In this document: positions 10,624 to 18,706 of the stretch, one piece after another
Layout: each line of letters starts with the position of its first letter
Position numbering within the stretch: the stretch's first letter is position 1
From: Sedimentisphaerales bacterium
GTDB taxonomy: Bacteria; Planctomycetota; Phycisphaerae; Sedimentisphaerales; SM23-30
Assembly (NCBI GenBank): GCA_963663965.2
Contig: CAXXFK010000040.1
Coordinates: 96,001-160,000, forward strand
DNA length: 64,000 nucleotides
Direction: 5' to 3'
Program-made: the position numbers and the translations under genes
The notes under the pieces: generated by a model
The model's input: only the letters and a program-made list of their open reading frames with translations
What the model was told of the DNA's origin: nothing
The model's database searches: none

Positions 10624-11107
10624 TCAATTATTGGTCCGTTCTACAAATACAATATTATTTTTTTCTATCTTAAAGTATTCCTCTCTACTACCAACGAACG
10701 CTGAAATAAAGGCATCATATTGCCAGTCAGAATATATTTCATATACTTTTCCCTCAACCAAATCAACAGGCTTGCCATCCGCAGGAATATTTTGCTTGGC
10801 ATTATTGATTACGCCATTGTCAGTTTCAAATTCTTTAGGTATTTCGCCATATGCCAATTTCTCCTCATAGAAATAATTTAAGTTGATATCCCAAACAATA
10901 CTGTTCGTTTCGGCATCTCTAATTATGAGCCTGAGTAATCCATTTGTTGTCCCATATTTAATTTTGAAGATAAGTTCATTATCTACCAACGACGGCTGAA
11001 TACTTCCTAGTTTTTTTATTACACCAATAAAATTTAATAAAACCACAATGCCCGCCGCAACAATCACTAACACTATTGCTTTTTTTATATAATTAAATTT
11101 TTTTCAT
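10624..11107 (-). CDS. AT-rich hypothetical membrane-anchored protein (putative orphan immunity protein); likely ATG at 11107 is out of frame by one extra A
   Basis: ORF 10624..11073. With A6 instead of A7 after the ATG it reads MKKFNYIKKAIVLVIVAAG. Confidence 0.6.
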
Positions 11108-11191
11108 AGAAACACCGCATAAGTATTCATACATAAATCATTCTATTTATTATCTATTCAATTCCCCACACTATTAAGCCGGGCGATATCC

Positions 11192-11295
11192 GATAAGCGC
11201 ACCCAATGATTTTTTCTGTCACGTCTTTCTGATCCATCCTGTCAATGAGCTGAAAGTCCCGATGGCTATCGGGATGATCCTGTCTAAAATATTTT
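11192..11295. repeat. REP-like repeat, long form
   Basis: Begins GATAAGCGCACCC as at 9619 (GATAAGCGTACCC); 3' 70 bp identical to 10436-10505. Confidence 0.9.
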
Positions 11296-11884
11296 CTTCA
11301 TAATATCATTCGACAAAACTCAGCGCTTCATCGTACAAGCTTCCATAAGACAACACCCGAACTATCCGCCTCTTCCCCCTCCCCTAACCATCAGAATATC
11401 CCTGTCTTGAACTCTTTTCATATCAGCCACTCCATCCAGATTAAAATCTAATTTACCTCCCTCCATCATATCACCTCATCCAGTTAAATACAAATCCCCA
11501 TAACAAAATCATAAAATTCCCTGCCGTACTACCATCCTTTATAGACTTGTTTTTTCATGAAGTTTTTAAGAACAAATTTATAAGTATTTAATCGCCCTAT
11601 GGTTAATAGTCATTTCCGGTACGAAGTTTCAATCCAAATCTATCCCTCAATCAGGCCAGGGCCCTTCGTGTAGCGCCGCAGGTCGAAGATCCGCCTCAGG
11701 AGGGCGCTCTTCGTGAAGCCGAAGGCGCTTCGTGGTTTAAATCTTAATCGCTTCCAGTTGATTCTAGGTTCTTGTTCAATCGCCCCGAGATAATTCATAA
11801 TTCATCTTCTTCGCAGTTTTTCTTGGTGGCTTTGTGCCTTTGTGTGAAACATCTTAATTTCTAATACAAAATTACTCATAATAT

Positions 11885-11913
11885 TTGACTTTCATAAAAC
11901 ATTACATTATAAT
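11885..11913 (+). promoter_or_regulatory. Near-consensus sigma70 promoter with no protein gene downstream
   Basis: TTGACT (11885-11890), 17-bp spacer, TATAAT (11908-11913). Confidence 0.7.
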
Positions 11914-11985
11914 AATCATCTGGTAAACAACCCCCGAATCCACCGACATAAGTACGGTGTCAATGCTTCAGCATGAAAAAATTGT

Positions 11986-11998
11986 TGTTCTTTGACAA
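11986..11998 (+). promoter_or_regulatory. boxA-like antitermination site
   Basis: TGTTCTTTGACAA versus E. coli rrn boxA TGCTCTTTAACA(A); preceded by hairpin CACCG-N9-CGGTG at 11941-11959. Confidence 0.5.
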
Positions 11999-12099
11999 CT
12001 CAATACAAAAACATCTGGGCCGCCCAATTATCCGGCTTGAGTTAACTTGCCATATTTATCATAGTTTCACCCCACAGCCGCTTAATACCCCCATGAATT

Positions 12100-12435
12100 C
12101 CAAACGAACCCAATTCCGGCATTTTTAACCATAAACTATTATATGATAATTAGTAACAACATATCCTGTATCACAATCCGCCCCATTCCAAAACAAACCC
12201 AACCCAATTAACTCAAGCATCCCTCACCGGATTTCATAATCCCCCATTCAGCCCAACACCCACGCTTCCAAACGAACCCAATCTTACCCAGATTAACATC
12301 TGCCACCCTATCCCCAGCTTTCATAACCCATTATAACCCATCCCGATCCAAACGAACCCAACCACACGAAAATCAATTATAACTTCATTATTTACAGAAC
12401 ATAACAGCAATATCACATTTCACCAAAACAAAAAT
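12100..12435 (+). repeat. Spaced repeat array, CCAAACGAACCCAA / CCAAAACAAACCCAA, ~80-bp period
   Basis: Repeats start at 12100, 12188, 12268, 12348 and (degenerate) 12423; spacers differ and are G-poor. Confidence 0.85.
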
Positions 12436-12457
12436 GGGCGGAATGTTTTCCGCCCAT
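12427..12457 (-). terminator. Intrinsic terminator of the DUF1080 gene
   Basis: ATGGGCGGAA-TGTT-TTCCGCCCAT hairpin with U-tract on the minus strand. Confidence 0.75.
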
Positions 12458-12486
12458 CAGGGATATCATGATCTGAAATCCAAAGC

Positions 12487-13143
12487 TTATGGCAACAGCT
12501 TGACCATAATGTTCTTATAATAGACCGTACTGCCCGGATCGTGCCCTTGCAGGGCGATAGTGCCGCTGGAAACCTTACGGCCGGCCTGTTTGGGCTGACC
12601 GTTCTTCTGAACCTCTTCCGGTTCGGTATAATCAACCGTAACAACGCCATTCACCTTAATGATAATCCGGTTCCCCTGCACGATGATATGCTGGGTAAAC
12701 CATTCATCATCCTTGGCTGGCGCTTCCTTGACATCTTCTACTGCATAGAGTCCGCCAGTCCTGCGCCAGTCACTATGCGAGTTGTTCACCTGAACCTCAT
12801 ACCCCTTGGCCGGCCAGCCGCTATCCTGATATTCAGTATGGAAATACATACCCGAATTCGAATTTGGCTTGGTCATGACATCTGCCTTCCACTCAAAATT
12901 CTTGAAATTGGCATCCGCAACCGGCCCGACATAAAACAAATGACTGCGTTCGCCATTCACCACGATCATCCCGTCTTCAACCTTAAAAGTATCGACATTT
13001 TCATTGGCCTTCCAGCCATCCAGCGTTTTACCGTCAAACAAACTGATCCACTTATCCTTGGGAGCCAGACTTTGACATCCAGTCAAAACCAGCCCCAGTC
13101 CGATCAATGCCATATACATGACTTTTCTCATAACATACTCCAT
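12487..13143 (-). CDS. DUF1080 (3-keto-disaccharide hydrolase family) lipoprotein
   Basis: LTGC lipobox; WISLFDGKTLDGW, NSG, GYEVQV and GTIALQGHD motifs. Confidence 0.9.
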   Translation of the reverse strand: MEYVMRKVMYMALIGLGLVLTGCQSLAPKDKWISLFDGKTLDGWKANENVDTFKVEDGMIVVNGERSHLFYVGPVADANFKNFEWKADVMTKPNSNSGMYFHTEYQDSGWPAKGYEVQVNNSHSDWRRTGGLYAVEDVKEAPAKDDEWFTQHIIVQGNRIIIKVNGVVTVDYTEPEEVQKNGQPKQAGRKVSSGTIALQGHDPGSTVYYKNIMVKLLP

Positions 13144-13504
13144 AAATGAGGTTTAGTAATGTCCCGCGATTTTATTTTATCGCACTTATCACAAAAATAG
13201 CCGGTTTCCATCCAAATGCAAGCGTTATTCTTGAACACCCCGGACCTGGCCTGTTTTTTAAAGTACCCGCGTGAATCCAATTTCATTTGACCCACTCTGC
13301 TTCAGCTTGACAGCAATCTAATCCATTTATATCAAACAGGTTATGTCTGCACATCCCGAAGTAAACACCATAATCCAGTCATCAAACGGGAACTCGCGCC
13401 CGTTTTTACACTTGTTTTACTGATCTGGAAAGGGTATTTCGATTATAAATATAATAGATGAATGCTATTTGAACATCCATAAATCCGCGTAAAACGGTGA
13501 GATT

Positions 13505-14200
13505 ATGAATAAAATTGAAATTTTAGTCGTCGAAGATGAACCCCGGATCAGTGAAGGCCTGAAAGATTTTTTATCGTTCCAAGGCTATAGCGTGACCGTA
13601 GTCACTGACGGACAGAGCGCCGACGATACCGTTAAAAGCAAACGTTTCGACCTGATACTACTGGATTTAATGCTGCCCATTATCAGCGGAGAGCGGCTTT
13701 GCGAAGACTGGCGCGAATCGGGTTTGCAAACGCCCATCATTATGCTCACCGCCAAAGGCCAGGAACACGAACGCGTCAGCGGATTGAATCTGGGGGCGGA
13801 TGATTACATTACCAAACCCTTTTCTCTGGAAGAACTGCTGGCACGGATCAAAGCGGTTTTACGTCGTACCGAACCGGGCCGGGGTGTGGGTAAAGAATTT
13901 ATCTTTGGCCCCTGGCAGGTGGATATTTCCGCGCTCAAAATCCATAATAGTTCCAGTGAACATCAAATCACGACCCGCGAGGCCGATCTGATCCGTTACT
14001 TCGCTTCCAATCCCAATCGTGTGATCAGCCGGGATGAGTTGTTTGAACAGGTCTGGCATGAAAAAATGACCGAACTGGGAACGCGCACCATCGACATGCA
14101 CATCGCCAAATTACGCGCCAAAGTTGAAGAAGACACTGGCGAACCCAAATTGATCAAGACAGTGCGTGGCGCCGGTTACGTGCATGAAGAAACGGATTAA
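13505..14200 (+). CDS. OmpR-family response regulator
   Basis: Receiver (VVEDE, DLMLP, GADDYITKPF) plus winged helix (RTIDMHIAKLR, TVRGAGY). Confidence 0.95.
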   Translation: MNKIEILVVEDEPRISEGLKDFLSFQGYSVTVVTDGQSADDTVKSKRFDLILLDLMLPIISGERLCEDWRESGLQTPIIMLTAKGQEHERVSGLNLGADDYITKPFSLEELLARIKAVLRRTEPGRGVGKEFIFGPWQVDISALKIHNSSSEHQITTREADLIRYFASNPNRVISRDELFEQVWHEKMTELGTRTIDMHIAKLRAKVEEDTGEPKLIKTVRGAGYVHEETD

Positions 14201-14227
14201 CGGCAGTGTTTGCATTGAGATCATCTT

Positions 14228-16450
14228 ATGTATAAGCGTTTAGTGATTTTAACCTGTATTATTTTTATCGTACTGGCAGGCACGGCCTGGCTGGGTTATC
14301 ACGCGATTCGTCTGCATGCTGAAGGTTTGGAAGGCCGACGGATTGGCCAGTTTGCCGCGGCCGGTGAAAATATCCGGCGTGAGGTCTTGCGACGGATTGA
14401 TGAATTTATCAATACTGAGCAAAAACGTCCTTACACCGATTATCAATATTACTACATCCCTGAAGATAAAAACCTGCGCCAGGTGGCCCTGGTGCGCTCT
14501 CCCTTGGCCGGTAAACTGGAACATGAACTGGCCTGCGGATATTTTCAGATTGACGCGCTAAGCCAGATCACCACTCCTTATTATCAGGGCCGGTTGCCCT
14601 ATCGCGATTATCGATCCGACCCCGTTTCAGTATTCGTAAACAACCTGCGCGAACATCTGCTGCCGGCGCTGAACGAAAACTTCGGGGTAAACTTAAGCCA
14701 GGAAGGCGTTTCTCAGCAGGCATTGTTTGAAAATGTTTCGAATCTCCTGATCAGTAATGCCCAGCGTGCCGGTTCCGAACGCCTTGCGAATTCCAAGCTG
14801 GCGCCGGATACGGATGGATTTCGCAATTCACAGTCGCGCCGCGGCATGTACGAGATTAATATTATCAAAGCGCCTCAGGACGCCCAGGTTTATACCCAGC
14901 AACGGACCAATGTCGTCGCGAATGAAGCGTACAACTTGAACCAGACCTTGCCGCAAGAACCTCAAATCGCCAAAAAAGAATCCAAAAACGAAAATGCAGC
15001 ACCGGTCCAGGCCCGTCCGAATACCCCGGTAGTAACGTACTATGACCAACCCAATCCCTCACTGGCAACCCTGGATCAACCGGGTGATAATTACTGGCAG
15101 GAACTTTCGGATTTACAGGACCGGCTGGAAGAATTACTGGACAGCCGTCTCCATTTTATCTTAACGGATCGTCATCGAATGCAACCTCAGCAAATGACCA
15201 GCGCCGTTCAACAGGGCGAGTTCGGGCCACGCATTCAGGCGCGAACAAATGATCACCCGGCGCCTTTGCCGGCAAAAGATACCAGTCAAACCGGCAATGA
15301 CAACACCCAGGATGAATTGGTCTTGATTCGTCAGGAACCATTCGTTCCTTTGGTGGTTTCCACGGAAGACCAACCCGGATCCCTCTTCAATGGTCAGGTT
15401 TATCTGTTGCGCCATGTCCAGGTCGGCAGCGATCATTATTTACAGGGATTTCGGCTGAATGAAAATCGTCTCTTGCAGATCGTTCAGCAGGCGGCCGCGC
15501 AATTTACCTCAGCCGGTCCGATGCCTATGAAATATCAAATCAGCCGAACAGATACCCATGATGCTGATTATACCGCCATTCTCGATTTTGGTTTCGGCAC
15601 CTTGATGCTCAATCTGATCGAAAAAGATCCCCTTTGGATTGCACGGCAGGTTGACCGGCTCAAGTTATGGTATTTTGCCGTGATTGCCTTGATGAGCATG
15701 GTGGTGGTTCTGGGCCTGACCAGTCTCTGGCGGGGTGTCCATGCCCAGGTGGTGCTGGCCCGGAAAAAGGATGATTTTATCTCCGCGGTTTCTCACGAAC
15801 TGCGAACCCCGCTGACCTCGCTGCGCATGTATGCGGAAATGCTGGAAAAAAACTGGGTGCCGTCCGATGAGAAACGCCATGAATATTATGGCTCGATGCG
15901 TCAGGAATCCGAGCGCCTGAGCCGTTTAATCGAAAACGTACTGGACTTTTCACGCATCCAGCGTCATAACAAAAAATACCAGTTCAAACTCGGTGATATC
16001 AACACCTGTGTAGGAAGCACGGTTGAAACCATGCGCGCCTATGCCGAACGATCTGGATTCGAACTGAAAGCGGATTATGGCATTCTGCCTTCGATTCGGT
16101 TCGATCACGATGCCGTGGTGCAGATTGTGATCAACCTGATCGATAACGCCATTAAATATGCCAGAAATGCCGTGGATAAATCGATTTATGTTCGCACCAG
16201 CATGCGTAACGGTTATATTGCCATCGAAATCGAAGACCGGGGGCCGGGAGTTCCTCACCACCAACGGAAAAAAATATTCGATGAATTTTATCGTTGTGAA
16301 GATGAATCAACCCGACAGACTACCGGTACCGGTCTGGGATTGGCTCTCGTTCAACGTTTTGCTCAAGCCCATAATGGCTTTGTCGAATTGCTGAGCGCCA
16401 AACCCAATGGCGCCCTGTTCCGGGTCGCCCTGGCCAGCGATGGAGGGTAA
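14228..16450 (+). CDS. Sensor histidine kinase with a large extracytoplasmic region
   Basis: Two TM segments; SHELRTPLT H-box, NLIDNAIKY, DRGPG, GTGLGL. Confidence 0.95.
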   Translation: MYKRLVILTCIIFIVLAGTAWLGYHAIRLHAEGLEGRRIGQFAAAGENIRREVLRRIDEFINTEQKRPYTDYQYYYIPEDKNLRQVALVRSPLAGKLEHELACGYFQIDALSQITTPYYQGRLPYRDYRSDPVSVFVNNLREHLLPALNENFGVNLSQEGVSQQALFENVSNLLISNAQRAGSERLANSKLAPDTDGFRNSQSRRGMYEINIIKAPQDAQVYTQQRTNVVANEAYNLNQTLPQEPQIAKKESKNENAAPVQARPNTPVVTYYDQPNPSLATLDQPGDNYWQELSDLQDRLEELLDSRLHFILTDRHRMQPQQMTSAVQQGEFGPRIQARTNDHPAPLPAKDTSQTGNDNTQDELVLIRQEPFVPLVVSTEDQPGSLFNGQVYLLRHVQVGSDHYLQGFRLNENRLLQIVQQAAAQFTSAGPMPMKYQISRTDTHDADYTAILDFGFGTLMLNLIEKDPLWIARQVDRLKLWYFAVIALMSMVVVLGLTSLWRGVHAQVVLARKKDDFISAVSHELRTPLTSLRMYAEMLEKNWVPSDEKRHEYYGSMRQESERLSRLIENVLDFSRIQRHNKKYQFKLGDINTCVGSTVETMRAYAERSGFELKADYGILPSIRFDHDAVVQIVINLIDNAIKYARNAVDKSIYVRTSMRNGYIAIEIEDRGPGVPHHQRKKIFDEFYRCEDESTRQTTGTGLGLALVQRFAQAHNGFVELLSAKPNGALFRVALASDGG

Positions 16451-16630
16451 GGAATAGCCTGTCTGTCCGAGAGAGACTTTGACGTAATAGGTGGATTAAT
16501 AATTAATGGGGTTTTAGCGCGTTATTGCGGCTTTTTTTATTGTATTGGAATTCATGTCGGATCATAATCTTGTTTTATGTTTCTACAAATTGTTCGCCTC
16601 TATTAACCTAAAATACATAAGGGGATCATT

Positions 16631-18279
16631 ATGTTAAACGGGCAATTGAAATTGACAACACTCTGGTCGTTCTCAAACAGGTTAAAATCCTTATTGGTCA
16701 TCATCTGGCTTCTAGCTTCGGGCATAAGCAGCTATGCCCAGACGATGGAAAACCTGGCCCGCCCGCATGAAGGACGCAGCCGGCGGGAAACCTCAACACA
16801 CAAAATCAACGAAAAGGGTGAGTTTGATCCCAATGGTAAGCCAGACCCCAGCAGCAACAGTGATAACAAAAGTGTAAAACCAGGCGATACCCGCGTACTG
16901 ATGGATGCCAAAGGGCCGGGCGCCATAACACATATGTGGATGACTTTTCTGGGGCCTGAACCCCATCCCTGGGCTAAAATGGTTCTGCCACCCATCAGGA
17001 GATGTTATTACGCATTTACTGGGATGGTTCAGACCGGCCGGGAGTGGAAGCGCCGGTCGGTGATTTTTTCGCCAACGCGTTCGGCAAGCGCAGTGAGGTG
17101 ATCAGTATCCCTGTTGCAGTTGAGGATGCCGATTCCTATAATTGTTTCTGGTATATGCCTTTTCGTAAATCAGCACGGGTTGAAGTGATTAACCAGAGTG
17201 ATAAACCCATTAGTTTACTTTACTTCAATATCGACTGGGTTGAAAAAGAGATCGCCCCTGATGCGCCTTATTTTTATGCGCAATACCGCCAGGAATATCC
17301 GGTAGAATCCGGTAAGGATTATGTTATTCTGGATACCCAGGGTAAAGGGCATTATGTCGGTACGGTCCTGAGCGTGCGGACCCGGAGCCCCTCGTGGTTT
17401 GGCGAAGGCGATGAAAAAATTTATATTGACGGAGAAACCGACGCGTCCATCTGGGGTACAGGTACCGAAGACTATTTTTTAAGCGCCTGGGGCCTGCAAA
17501 CAACCAGCACTCCCTGTTTTGGCACCTCCTATTTCGACCAGTGGGGCATCGTTGGGGGACATACCAGCGCCTATCGCTGGCATATTTATGATCCATTCGT
17601 CTTCAATACGGCCATTAAGGTAACCATTGAACATTTTGGTTGGATCAGTCCGGATGAAAATCCGGATTACAAATCCACCAGTTGGAACGAACGTCAGGAT
17701 GATTATTCCAGTGTGGCCTTCTGGTACCAAACCGGCCAGCCCACTTTTACCGCCCGCGCTCCTCATGCGCAGGAACGAACGTTACCCAATCTGGACCGGA
17801 TTATTCTGGCCAATCCATTTACTGATCCCAAATACCATGGTCCGGGTACTGCCAGCCCACAGCGTTTGAGTGATTTGTATGCCGATTCACAATTATTCTA
17901 TCGGCCGGCCGAAGATGAAAAAGGCTGGGTGGAGATACCTTTCAAAGTCGATAAAAAAGAACCCAAACGGCTACTGCTGGTGATGACTCGAGCCGATGAT
18001 TACGGCCGGTATCAGGCGACATTAAATGGAGTTAAGCTTGACGGAACGCTGGACTTCTATCATGATGAAATTGATAGCCATGAATACCATCTGCTGGATT
18101 TCTGGCCGGAACCGGGCGATTATGTCTTGCGTCTGGACTGTGTGGGTAAAAATCCCTTATCGCAAGGCTATTGCCTTGGCATCGAATCGGTCCGCCTGCG
18201 CGAACGCCGGCCACGTGTGATTGAATATGGGCATGACAAAGACAAGGACTGGACAAAAGATCCTCAATTATATCGCTAA
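16631..18279 (+). CDS. DUF2961 / GH172-like glycoside hydrolase, split by a -1 frameshift at 16976-16979
   Basis: GPGAITHMWMT, LRIYWDG, WFGEGDEKIYIDG and GTGTEDYF. Adding one A to AAAA gives ...PWAKNGSATHQEMLLRIYW. Confidence 0.85.
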
Positions 18280-18706
18280 TATTATGTGAAAAAACAAAAA
18301 TAAATTTGATAGTAAATCCTTTAAAAATATCAAAATAACGGATTGTTAACCTAAATAATATTTATTTTTGAGGTTTATATATTGAAAGAGCTTTAATAAA
18401 AGCTTATAATGTGATAAATAAAGATATTGCTCGGAATTCAATTTTAATAATTACTTCGATAACGCTAGACAGATTTTAGTGAGTTAATGTATTTATCTAT
18501 ATTAAGTCTGGCAGAATTGGTAATGGCCTAACGGTTCCTTATACACTCCTTCAAGCAGTACCAATGGGTATTTATTATTCTTGGGCGTTGGGGAATGGTT
18601 GTTTTCAGGTAGTTTGCGATTAATTTCGTAAATTAAAAGAATTACCATAAGGCTTTTCGTATCGGGGAATCGTTGGCCGCAGAGGGCAATGCCCGGGGAG
18701 ACGAAA

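Noticed and set aside
11425..11470. Minus-strand peptide GKLDFNLDGVADMK resembling a dockerin-like loop
   Set aside because: Too short to distinguish from chance
11660..11855. CTTCGTG / CTTTGTG short repeats
   Set aside because: Few degenerate REP-like words, too weak to define an element
11973..12128. 51-codon ORF (MKKLLFFDNS...) downstream of the orphan promoter
   Set aside because: No recognisable RBS or family and it overlaps the boxA-like site; cannot be fully excluded as a small protein
12100..12435. Calling the spaced array a CRISPR
   Set aside because: Repeats are ~14 nt and non-palindromic, spacers are ~60-75 nt and related to each other, and no cas gene is in the window; reported as an unknown array instead
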